Origin: Diplonema japonicum
Lineage: Eukaryota > Protista > Euglenozoa: Diplonemea
NCBI GenBank assembly: GCA_964019335.1
Contig: OZ025652.1
Span: forward strand, 496,001 to 560,000
DNA length: 64,000 bases
Direction of reading: 5' to 3'
In this document: one piece after another, positions 52,101 through 62,843 of the stretch
Position numbering within the stretch: position 1 is the first letter of the stretch
Layout of the letters: every line of letters starts with the position of its first letter
Translations under genes and position numbers: made by a program
Notes under the pieces: generated by a model
Told to the model about the DNA's origin: nothing
Seen by the model: the letters and a program-made list of their open reading frames with translations, nothing else
Database searches by the model: none

Positions 52101-55100
52101 ATCGCGGCCTCATGCCTCGCCTTTTTTTCCGCTAGAATCTTGTCGTCTTTAAACTTTTGCGAAGATTCAACACGCGACATCGCAAGCTGTTCCCCCTCCT
52201 TTTTGTGTTTGTTGTCCGCCTCCTTCATCTTGGCCATGCTTGCCTCAAACGCTTTCTTGTCTTCTTCCTCCTGTTTTTGCCTGTCCCCCTCTTTCTGCTG
52301 AAGTGCCGATTGTTTTCGTGCTGCTTCTTCTTCGCGTTGTATTTCCGCGAGGTGCTCCTGCTCTTCTCGCTGTTTTCTTTCATCTTCTTGTTGCTTCTGT
52401 TGAGTTCGCATACGCGCCGTTTCGTCCTCCAGTCTTTTTGTTTCCGAGCGTTCCATCTGCTCCAAACGCTCCTGCATCATCGCCAACCTCTCTTCCATCA
52501 TCAACATCTTTTCATTTGAGGCTGTCTCTACCTTTTTCACAGCAGCCGCAATGGCTTCATCCGCTTGGCTTGGTGCTGGTGGCTCAGCATCGGGTTCCGG
52601 CTGCATAGACTCAGGTTCAGGTTTAAGTTCGGTTTTACCATCTTCCGGAACCGACTCTTGGGCTGATTGGGCTGATTTTTCAGGCTCCTGCTTCACTTGT
52701 GGTGCTTCGGTGTCATTTCGAAAAAATGCTGACTCAGCCGGGTTGTCTATGCACTGCACCAGGAATTGGATGTGCTGCAGCGGTTCTGGTGTAGCCACCA
52801 GCAGTGCCTCGAGACCTACTCCGGGGAACGGTGACACGAAGTGAGGCATAAACTCAGGGGAGCTGTAGAGGTATTCAACAGTTCAGCAAACACATACCTT
52901 GCCTCACTTCCTGAGCCCGCCATCAGGTTGCCGAGAGTCGTGAGGCAGTGGAGGGGGAACAGGCTTTGTTCCGAAGCGAGCAACAAACAGTTCAACGCCG
53001 ACAGGGAAGACGTATTGCTGTGTACCGTGCTCGGACTTGTGGACTGCAGTAGCGCTTTATCAGCGACCTGTGGAATGTAAATAACAGTCACATAACATAC
53101 ATCCATGAGGTACTTGAGGCCATGTGCGCCTGCATCATCAGTCTGCTCCACGGCTGGGGTCTCTGTAACCACTTTTGGTGCCGTCTGCTCTTCTTCGGTT
53201 TTTTTTGCTGTTTTTGCCGCCTCTTCAGCTTCCTCCTGTCGCTTTTCTTGTATTCGTTGTTCTGCCAGCTGTTCCTCTGCTCTTTTCAGCTTTTCTTGTT
53301 CCCTTATTGCGTCTTTTAGTTGGTCATAGATGCCTGTCATCTCAGCTTCAGCGTCATGCAGCATCAGCATGCGAGTATCTTCCTCCGCTTGCGCGAATGT
53401 GATACGGTGCTCCTCAGCCTGCTGCTCTTCCCTCTCCAGTTTTGCAATGAATTCAGTTTCTTGCTCACGTGCTTCAGCTTCGATCATCATCCTTTCCAAG
53501 TTCCGCAGACGCAGCAGCTCTGAAATGTTCTTCTTGGCCCCACGCACCCTAACTTGAGATTGTATCATCAGCACAGCCCATTCGCGCTCTTGCCGCCTTG
53601 CTTGTTCTCCTTGTTTGACCCTCTCTAAATGCCTTCGGTCCCTCCGCTGTGTCGTGGCCCTTCTGCTGTCCACCATTTTCCCCATCCACTTCTGCAGCAT
53701 ATGCACCGCATAGGTCCTCTCTTGCTTGGCAGCGATATCCGCATTTTTAAGCGACTGAAGATACACGGTGTACGCCCTCTCTTTTGCCTTCCTCTTCGCT
53801 TCGATCCCCTTGCTGAACCTATGAATTATCACTTGGGCACGTTCCTTCTCCTGCTGTTTTGCTGTGTGCAACATCCTCACGGCATTATGTCTCTTGAGCT
53901 CCCTTTTCTTATCGACATCTTTGCGCGCCTGGTGGCACCTCCAACCTCGCTGGATGGGCGCGACATTTGCCTTGGGTGACATCTTCAACTTGGATCTTGG
54001 TGACGTGCTCTTCGGGGAATCACTCTTTGGGGAGATCTTTTGGACATCAGGAGGCACCTTCGGAGACACAACCTGCATATGCGTCATTATCGAGACAGGG
54101 AGGTTACTGCCAGCTTCTCGTAAGAGCATCAGCCCATCCCCGTCGAAGCCTGTTGATGAGGCCACCTCGAGAAGTAAGTTAACGTGCTCCCGATCGTCGA
54201 GAGTCGAGTCGGAGGTGCCCTTCTGATCATCCTTGTCAGACACGTAGATCGACGTTGCGAAGGACGTCGGCATCGCTTCTTGCACCAGCTGCATCTTGAG
54301 CTCTAGGTTCTCGGAAGCAGACTTCTCAAGGATGTCTTGCGCTTCGACCACAGTCGTCACGTTCGGTACCTCGTACTCAAGCACCAACCCGGTCATCTGC
54401 GCCTTCCGCTTGCTGAGCTCTTCATTGTATTCACTCTGCTTGCTTTTTACAACTGTTCGTGCCTGTCTCCCCCTCTCGATGCGTTGAATGTTCACGGCAC
54501 TACTGTGCAACTTCTTGCGTTCCGCCAAATCCTTCCGTGCCTTTCTCATGCGGTACTGTGTTTGTATCTTTGTGGCTGCTTCGTTGTGCTCCTGGACGTA
54601 AGAGTCTTTCTTTTTGTGCTTCCTCACATCATGCCCACGGAAGTGCGCCTGGATGGAGGTAGCCGCTTGCTCCTCTCGTTTTTCTTGGACATCGCGCTTG
54701 ACACGCTGTCTAGTTGAGTGCATTCTCCACCCTGCCTGGACAGTCGTCGCTGCCTTGTCAGCCAAGATGAGCGCATCTTCATTTGAGGTGGCCCGCCTCT
54801 CAGCACGGATCTCAGCCGCACGTTGCCTGGCCATGCACCCCCTGAGCCATGCCTGTATTTTCATGGCCGATGAACGTTCCGACTTCATACGGCCCGAGAC
54901 ATTCCTTGCAATGATGCCCCTGTTCCATGACTGAAGCTTCTCGACAGCGCCCAACTTGCTTTTATCAAACCGCACGTCAGATCTAACAAGCCTCCCCCTC
55001 CAGTGCTTCTGGATCATCACAGCCGCGGTATGGCAGGTGGTTTTCCTGCTGGTCTCTAGCCGTTTCCGCGTACTGAAGCCTCGGAACACTGCTTGGATCT

Positions 55101-56616
55101 TCACGACTGCCCCTCGTTCGTAGGCCTTCGCAGTGGAGATGCGCCTTCCAAGGTAGCCCCTGTAGTTGCGTTGTATCTCCGTGGCGCAGAACCTCTCGAG
55201 ACGGATGTGCTTAACCTTCTCGCGTGAGGTGATGCCCCGCTGGTAGGACTGGATGCGCTGTGCAGCACTACGCTTCGCGCGGAGGAGGCTTGTCTCGTGT
55301 TTCGCGTTGATCTTGCGGCCGAGCTTTTGGAGTACAACAGCCGCCCTGCGTTGGCGTGATTTCTGTTTCGCACAGTTGCGGTCACGGAAGCCTCTGTACA
55401 CACGCTGCACGTGCACAGCAGCTTGACCTTCCACCTCCTTGGAACGGTCCTCTGTCCGTGCCAGCCAGTCGTCTTCGGGCACTTCTTTCTCATCCTCGCC
55501 CTCAGCTTCGTCCTCTTCCAGACCATACAGATATCCTTCCTCTTCGATCTCGTCACCTGCTACACCCGCTACCCTCTTCAGGTATTGCTGTGCCATTGTT
55601 AGCCGCTCTCCTAAGGGATCGGACTTTGATATCCCCGAATGTTCCTTGCCTTGCTTCACGGGCGGCAGTCCGGCCCCGTTCCCGTGGCGCGACTCCTCAT
55701 TCCGAATGAGCAACGGGTTGCCCACCACTGAGAAGTCTAGGTAGTTCGCGATTTTAGAGTATCCGAAAAAGGTCAGGTCCGTCTGCAGCTTGGAGAGGTA
55801 GCTGACACCCTTCCAGAGGTATGGTTGGTAGGTGGGGCCTTGCAGGTTTTCCCATTTGCTGATGAACTCGACGCAGTCGAGTGTAGCGGTGCGCAGGGAG
55901 TGGATGATGTGGTTGATCTCTTTGACGAGCTGGTCCTTGTCGAGCTGCTGGGTCTGAGCGCGTTCGGTGAGCTCTTGAAGGAGGTAAAGGAAGCCCTCTC
56001 GTATCTCAATCGTCTTCTCGATCTGCACCGTAATGTTCCGCACGTCGAGCATCGACAGAACCTCCGTCGGGTTCTGATCTCTGATGAGCGGAGACGCTTG
56101 TGAAGCAGCAGGTGATGGTTGTGGAGGTGAAGCCTGCTGGGGTGGAGGAGCCGGTTGTGCAGCAGGAAGCGGTTGTGACTGTGCCTTCGGTGTCCTCGTA
56201 ACTCGATGAGGCCGGCGAAGGTCTTGAGCTGTAAGAAGCTGCACCGGATGAGATGGAGCCATGTCATGGCGCTGATATCCCCCTGGGTCCGTCATACTTA
56301 GCCTTTCATGTTGAGGCACCATGTCTGCCGTAGGCATTTGGAGCGGCATTTGCATTGTGTCAGGTGGAGCGGGTTGTTGAAAAGCGAGCATTGGTCCTTC
56401 CAATGGAACGCCAGGAGACGCTCCTAAGCCTCCCATCCCAGTCTGCCCGACGCCCCATGACGCTGCTGCGTTTCTCGCTACTTTCGATCTCTTCTTCCAG
56501 AACTTACAGTATCTGTCGTTCAGTGCATTGTAATCGGGGATTTGTCCCAAGGTGAACCTGCTGTCCCAGCCCCTTTCAGGCGGGCCTCCCGTTGTGAAGT
56601 GCTTGAGGTAGCTCAT
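49104..56616 (-). CDS. Giant IQ-repeat/coiled-coil protein (~2430 aa), 6 introns
   Basis: Five track ORFs join through GT-AG introns 53068-53100, 52863-52897, 51316-51352, 50625-50658, 50403-50435 and 49413-49460 into a 7293-nt frame. It carries dozens of AAxxIQxxxRGxxxR motifs. Confidence 0.85.
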
Positions 56617-57012
56617 CGCGCTAGTCTTTTAATTTTTTTTTTATTGCTAAAAAAAAAGAACAGTTTTTGTTTTTCAAACTCTGCACATTTTCTTCTTGTA
56701 TCGTTTCAAAAAAAAAGGAAAATGTATTTGTACTCTTTTTTGTTTTCCTGTGGGGGGGGTGTTTTTTTTGATAGTTAACCTTTTTCTCCCCGCTATCGAT
56801 TGTGCTACAGAGAATATAAAAAAAAAAAGAGATTTAAAAAAAAATGAAAGAGAGGAGAGAACCGGTCGGATTTGAAAAGGAAGTCCACACCAGCTTCCTT
56901 TTTTTTCTTTCCCCCCTTCCCCCCCCCCCCCCCTCCCCTTTTTCTCTTTCTTTGAAAGAAAATATAACGTTTGTGTTTCTTTTTTTTTTTTTTTTTTTTT
57001 TCCTTGTCCAAA

Positions 57013-57693
57013 TCACTTTTGGGCGTCAGGCATCTGATCGGGATGGGCCTTCTTGAATTCGGGCAGTTCTGCGAGGGCAGCACCAATCTTCGTGATGATC
57101 GGGAATTTCGAGAAATCAACATTGAAACGTGTGGCGTTGTAGATCTGTGGCACGAGGCAGCAGTCGGCCATCGTCACAGAATCACCGTAGCAGTATTTCC
57201 CCGAGGTCTTCTCGAGCTCCTTCTCAAGGGCCTCGAATCCCTTGGTGATCCAGAAGTGCGCCCATTTCGGTTTGTGCTCCTCACCAAAATCCTTCGCAAT
57301 TTTGACAATCACAGCGAGGTTCTGAATAGGCTGGATCCCGCTTGCGATGATGTTGCAAATCTCACGGACCTTTGCCCTCTCCAGCGCGTTCTCGGGGAGC
57401 AGCGAAGGCCCCTTGTACGCCTCCTCCACGTACTCCAAGATAGCCAAAGACTGCCCAATCACCTTGTCATCGACCACAAAAGCAGGCACCTGTGCCATCA
57501 CGTTCCGCTTACCAACGTGCTCATCGGTCTTCTGCTCCGCTTTCAGAAGGTTCACAGCCTCGTACTTGTACTCCACACCCTTGATGGCAAGTGCGATCCT
57601 GACCCTCCAGGAGCAGCTTGATCGCCAGTATGAGTACAGAGTTGGTTCGGACGCTGCCTCGGTTTTTGCTCTCTTTGCTGCGGGTTCAGACAT
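57013..57693 (-). CDS. GSTZ1: Glutathione S-transferase zeta / maleylacetoacetate isomerase (~226 aa)
   Basis: LYSYWRSSCSWRVRIAL, QSLAILEY, IASGIQPIQNL, ADCCLVPQIYNA.RF and AHPDQMPD. Confidence 0.95.
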   Translation of the reverse strand: MSEPAAKRAKTEAASEPTLYSYWRSSCSWRVRIALAIKGVEYKYEAVNLLKAEQKTDEHVGKRNVMAQVPAFVVDDKVIGQSLAILEYVEEAYKGPSLLPENALERAKVREICNIIASGIQPIQNLAVIVKIAKDFGEEHKPKWAHFWITKGFEALEKELEKTSGKYCYGDSVTMADCCLVPQIYNATRFNVDFSKFPIITKIGAALAELPEFKKAHPDQMPDAQK

Positions 57694-57866
57694 CGTTTTT
57701 TTTTTTTTTTTTTTTTTTTCCCTTCTTCTTTTTCCTTTGTCGGTCATCATGTACATGCTGCAAGGAGAGAGGGACAAAAGGGGGGAAACAAATTCCTTTG
57801 AAAAAAGGAAAACAACTTTAAGAAAAAAAAAAAAGAAAGAAAAAAAAGAAAGAAAAAAAACTCTCC

Positions 57867-59045
57867 TCACGAATTAATGATATCGTTCACCAAATTGTGT
57901 TTGAAAGTTGTCCAATCGTGCTGCGTGGTGTACTGGTTGCGGATCTCCGTGGCGGTGGGGTACCCCTTGGCGTACTCACGCATTCTCTGCAATGGATTCC
58001 CAACAAGGTGCTCTCGCAGGCAGTCCAGCGGCATGACGAGAAGCTCAAGAGGCGTGTGGGAGAAAACGGTGGCCTGCCGGGTACCAGGGATGTCAGGTAT
58101 TGTAGAATGCTCCTCGGCACCCTCTGTCGCACCATCGTCGCTTTCAGAACCATCTTTGATAGGTGGGAGTAGCTTGTAAGATCGGTCGGTATGTTGGGGT
58201 TTCTGAGAATGCGAAGGAGCTGCATCGTTGCGGTGTTTGGCGTTACCGTCTACAAGGATTTTGAAAGGGGCCAGCTCGCCGAAATATTCGCCTGGTTGTA
58301 AAACTGCAAGCTCGAGGAGCTTTACCATCTTCTTGATACGCCCGCCGGTGCCTTTTACTATCTCGATTTCCCGGACAACACGGCATTCTCCTTTCACGAT
58401 GAAATACAAATCGCTTCCTTGTTCGTTCTCACGAACGATGACCTGGCGTGAGTTGCATCTTCGTGGAAAGACTTTTTTAGACAGTTCTCGCAGTTGATGG
58501 TGCGTCCATGATGCGAAGATGGGTACTAAAAGACTGCTGAAGAACGCAATGCGTGCCCTGACCTCCTCTTCCTCTTGGTTTTGCAGGAGTGTTTCGTACT
58601 GGTCGTGGGGTAGGCAGAGGAATTCCGAACCGTCTTCTTTCGAAACATAACATGACCCGGCAGGCAGGGCTCGGAGGGTTAGCTCGTCACCGAAACAATC
58701 GCCTCGGAGGTATTCGTGGCACACCTTGCCCACACCCGAGGCTACTTTTAGTTCCACACCACCCCATAGGACCAGCCTCCAAGGGCCTGTGTATTTGTGG
58801 ATGTTGAAATGGCTGATTAGGTCCACGCCTTTCTTCGGTTCTTTTTCAAAGAAAACGTTTTTGGTGATGGCCAGTCTTGTTTCGTAGCTGAGGTGTTGAA
58901 ACACTTTTTGTCTCGATATCAAGGTGAGGAGCTTGCTGGTCTCGGGCTCGCTTCGTTCGTGGGCTTCTCGTTGCTTTACCACATCGAAACAGTATTTCCA
59001 CTCCGCCCTTTCGGGGCCGAGTGGGGCGTTGTCACTGATCGCCAT
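57867..59045 (-). CDS. Cyclic nucleotide-binding domain protein with two cNMP domains (~392 aa)
   Basis: RGDCFGDE; IVRENEQGSDLYFIVKGEC...LQPGEYFGELA...RQATV. Start is MAISD at 59045. Confidence 0.8.
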   Translation of the reverse strand: MAISDNAPLGPERAEWKYCFDVVKQREAHERSEPETSKLLTLISRQKVFQHLSYETRLAITKNVFFEKEPKKGVDLISHFNIHKYTGPWRLVLWGGVELKVASGVGKVCHEYLRGDCFGDELTLRALPAGSCYVSKEDGSEFLCLPHDQYETLLQNQEEEEVRARIAFFSSLLVPIFASWTHHQLRELSKKVFPRRCNSRQVIVRENEQGSDLYFIVKGECRVVREIEIVKGTGGRIKKMVKLLELAVLQPGEYFGELAPFKILVDGNAKHRNDAAPSHSQKPQHTDRSYKLLPPIKDGSESDDGATEGAEEHSTIPDIPGTRQATVFSHTPLELLVMPLDCLREHLVGNPLQRMREYAKGYPTATEIRNQYTTQHDWTTFKHNLVNDIINS

Positions 59046-59192
59046 TTTTTTTTTTTTTTTTTTTAAATTCTTTGTAGAGGTAAAAGAGAAGAGGAAGAAG
59101 AAAAAAAAAAACTTTTTATTATAACAACTACACTCGAGAATGGAAAGAAACAACATAACGAAGAGACGAAGGAAACAAAAAAAAAAAAAAGA

Positions 59193-59223
<31 letters not shown>

Positions 59224-59227
59224 AAAA

Positions 59228-59500
59228 CTACTCGACCTCAGCCAAAGCTGTTGTTGCATCGTTCATTGTGTCCAACAGCGATTTCAATTCCTTCTGTGTC
59301 AGTTCCAGATCTTCTTGGTGCAATGAGCCATCAGGGCGTTTTAATGTGAGTGTTAATTTCACCAATCCTGTCGCCTGTGTGCTCCGGGTGTTTGAGGAAA
59401 CACAAGTTACAGTCGACCAGTTCAGGCTCTGGAGAACTGGTACGTGACTGGGGTGGGTTTTTTGCTGTGAATATTTTGCCTTCCACTTTGCATCGGACAT
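59228..59500 (-). CDS. COMM-domain-only protein (COMMD6-like), 90 aa
   Basis: LQSLNWS...VSS......GLVKLTLTL..PDG......LELTQKELKSLL fits the COMM domain pattern. Start is MSDAK at 59500. Confidence 0.7.
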   Translation of the reverse strand: MSDAKWKAKYSQQKTHPSHVPVLQSLNWSTVTCVSSNTRSTQATGLVKLTLTLKRPDGSLHQEDLELTQKELKSLLDTMNDATTALAEVE

Positions 59501-60117
59501 TGTTTCTTTTTTTTTTTTCTCTTCTTTTTTTTCCCCTCTCTTCTCACCCCCACCGCCTCCTGGAGAAATAATAATGTAAACAGTTAAAAAAAAAAAAAAA
59601 TAGGAAAAAGAAAAAGGGGGTAAAGGTGACAAAAAAAAATAAGAGATGAAAAAAAAAAAAAAAAAAAAGGGGGAAACCATTTGTCAGCTGGTGGCCGCGA
59701 CCGGAAATGAATAAAAAAAAAAAGAGAAAAAAAAAAAAGAGGAATGGCTCGACGCTGCTCTGAAAGGTTTTCCGCAATAAAAAATAAAAAAAATAAAAAG
59801 TTTTCGGGGGTAAAGAAAGGAAGGAAAAAAAAGGGGGGAAACATTATACAAGGAAAAGGGAAAAGCTCGCTGGTGTGTGGGGTGTACGGGACAAGGCGGG
59901 AGCATGGAAACAAAAAAAAAGAAAAAGAATAGTAGGGCGAACAAGGGGAATGACAACAAGGGTGGGTGGGACAGTGGGGATGGGACAACAGGGAAATAAA
60001 CACTTTTCTTTTTTTTTCTTCCTTCTCTCCCCCTTAATTCACCTTTTTTTCAGATGGTACAAAAAAAAAAAAAAAAAGAAGAAAAAAAAAAAAAAAAAAA
60101 TACACACAAGGGCTTTC

Positions 60118-62413
60118 TTAGCCACCATACATCGACTCTGAAATTCTCTTATATTTCTTGTCGAGGGAACGCTGTTGTTGTGGATATTGTTGTTGCTAGC
60201 TTTAAAAAAAAAACCCCCCCAAAAAGCATACTGTGTCTTCTTTGATTTCTTCCTTCTTTGCCTCAGCTTCCTTTTGCTGTTGCTCTTTGAAGTCCTTGAA
60301 CATTTCATAGTCGCTTTGCAGATGCTGTATTTTTTTTCTCCTTTTTTTCCTTTTTTCTTCCAACACACCCTCTGGTCATTGTTCGCCCTCTTCAGGTTTG
60401 ATGACTTCGCGTGGGTCAATATTTCAATTTTCTTCTCGAGTGCCTCGATATTGGCGTCCTTCTCCAACATGTACAGGTCCTTCTGCATCAGTTTCTTGCG
60501 GCATGCCTGAAGCTCGCCCTGCATCTCACCGTAAGCGGCGTAGGAAACATCGTCATCACCATGGTTCCAGTCGTCTGGCCTGTACCTGAGGGAGTCCTCG
60601 TCATCCTTGTCGTGTAGCTCCTTCAGCGCAGCTGCGATGGCCCTGATCCTGTTGTCCAGCTGGGTGAGACGGTGGTGCTGTGCTTGTATCGTCTTCTCTG
60701 CCGCCCGCCTGCTCTCCACATGTCTGGAGATCTCGTGTTGCAGCACCTTTTTGTCACTCTCCAGCGCTTTGACCTGTTTTGTATCGTCAGCGGTGTGCAG
60801 GTCGTCCGTTAGCTTCTCCTTCTTGTTGAGGATCCTCGTCAGCGTCCTCACGCTCTCCACCCTGTCTTTGTACTCGATCTCTTTCATCCGCAGCTGCTCC
60901 TGCAGCATCTGGCAGTCCTCCACAATCTGATCTTTTGTTAAGAGCACTTTCGCAAGCTGCTCGATCTGCGCTGTTTTCTTGATGTTCTGCTCCTTCAGCG
61001 AGGTCTGCTCCACCTGCAGCTGCGCCAGCTCGTTGAGCAGCTCGCTGATCTGGTTTTCCCTGTCCATCTGCGTGTGTGTCGAGTACTGCTTCCTCTCGTC
61101 CCACCCTGTCGCCTGGCGCATCGCTTCAAGCTCCGCATTAGCCTGTCGTGCCGTGAACACACTGCATGCAGCATACCTTGTCAGCGGCGTCCCTCTTTGC
61201 CCTCAGCTGCGGTTCCAGTACTTGGCGCAGCTCCTTCTCCAACGCAGACGTTTTCTCCTTCTCAAGCTTCAGCTTGTCATCAAGGAGGACGAGTTGCTCC
61301 TGAGTGGCTGTCGTTGTGTAAGGGGCATACCTGGTCTTCGGGCCTGATCTTCTTGCGCTTTTTTGGGAGTCTCAGAGCGATAGTGGCGGGCGGGACGACG
61401 GCGGTGACCCTGGGTACCTCCTCGATGTCAAGCAGCTGCGAGACCTGGTCGGGGCCGACAGCGGAGATGGAGACGTCGAGGACGAACCTGCCGCCCTCGA
61501 CCGGCTGTGGGCCCTCGATGGGGACCACATCGTCGGGCCGGAGGTTTAGTTGCTGGGCGAGGGCAGGGAGAAGCTCGTCTTGGTCGCCTTCCATCTCCAG
61601 CTCGTAGATGGCAGGTGGGATGGGGCAGCCGTGCTGCAGTGCGATGGCCGTGTATGCATCGTCGATGGTAGCGAAGCGCACGGTGGTGCTCTCGACACCC
61701 CTCCTGTCTTTTCTCTCTCTGCAGTCGAACTCTTCAATCGATCCGAAGTGCGAGAGAAGCTCCCTCAACGCCTGCGACGTCACGTCAGGGGGCAAGCTCT
61801 CCACCACTACCTTAGGTTCGATAATCTCATCCACGTAATGGATCTGAACAGGCTGGTTGGTGCTGGGGGGCAGAAGCCACCGTCCTGTCAAGTTTGTGAG
61901 CGCCCGTTCCGCCTCGTCGAGTGAAGCACACGTCACCACTGCGCACCCAAGGAATACCTCTGTGATGGGGTCCATGCGCATTTCAATTTTCGGTTCTTTA
62001 ATGTAGCTCTCTAGAACGTGAACTACCTCCTCATACAGAAGGGACATGGGGTCCCTGCTCATCACCTCGTCGAGGATCTGCTGTGCGTCTTCCGCGCCTT
62101 CTTCTAGATTGCGGTGTGCGGTTTTTAAGGCGACCTTTGCAAACTCCTCCGGGTCCGGTAGGCGCTCCAGGAAGAGCTTTCTTGAAGGGAACATCTTCCC
62201 TTCGCCGAAGACCTCATCGTTCATCTTCCTCGACGTCATCTGGTTGATCGTGTGCAGCTGCTCCAGCAAACCCCGTTCATCGTGTAGGTGCTTAAACCGC
62301 ATCTCTTGCTGCTGCAGCTCGTTCTGGATCTCTGCCATTCTTTTGTCCAACAAGGTCATCTGGTCTAACAACCCGCCCTCCGTTTCACCTCTCAGCATCA
62401 GCTCATTTTCCAT
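60118..62413 (-). CDS. RRM-like plus long coiled-coil protein (~708 aa), 4 introns
   Basis: Exons 62413-61331, 61299-61177, 61142-60369, 60324-60232 and 60171-60118 give an open 2127-nt frame. RRM-like segment KVVVESLPPDVTSQALRELLSHFGSIE...VRFATIDDA. The last acceptor is ambiguous (an in-frame alternative lies 24 nt away). Confidence 0.7.
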
Positions 62414-62843
62414 TTTTTTTTTTGTCGTTCCTCCTCCTCCCCTCCCCCTTTGTTTTAATTGCTTTGCAGGGGACTGATATATATAAAAAAGATAGCAGCG
62501 TTTTTTTGTTTTTGTTTTCTTTCCGTTGTTTTTTTTTTTTTTTCTCTCTTTTTTCTTCTTTTTTTTCCCGTTTCTCTTCTATGCTGAAGGTTGCACAGAA
62601 TTAGAATTTGGTCGAGTTTTCCCAAAAGCCTTAAACCGTTTTCGACGAGGCTAAAACCTCCTCCTTTTTTTGGTTTACAATTTTGCAGAACGTTTACGGC
62701 TTTTTGGAAAACGCAACAACCATATAAAAAAAAGAAGAACTCTTTGTGTTTTTTTTTATTGTGAGGTATGCGTTTTTGCGCTCACCGGCCGTGACCGAGC
62801 TTTAAAAAAAATAAAAAATAAATAAATAAATAAATAAAAAAAA

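Noticed and set aside
49104-56616. Programmed frameshifting, stop readthrough or a variant genetic code to explain the split ORFs
   Set aside because: Every break in the host genes is explained by a short GT-AG intron of the right phase. Long genes such as TOR translate cleanly with the standard code.
1-59500. Functional operon (IP3R + TOR3 for acidocalcisomes; VPS35 + COMMD for endosomal recycling)
   Set aside because: The genes are far apart and interleaved with unrelated ones. Euglenozoan polycistronic clusters are generally not functionally organised, and no synteny evidence is available.
6692-60245. Poly-Lys/poly-Phe ORFs and N-terminal extensions (e.g. 7767-8402, 12253-12615, 31094-31561, and the starts of 42913-44298, 57013-57870, 57867-59156)
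   Set aside because: They are translations of stop-poor homopolymer intergenic DNA. The real starts lie at downstream ATGs after the A-runs.
110-62477. Numerous plus-strand ORFs of 60-400 aa (e.g. 18905-20113, 36535-37581, 10667-11521)
   Set aside because: They are antisense shadows of recognisable minus-strand genes and have no motifs of their own.
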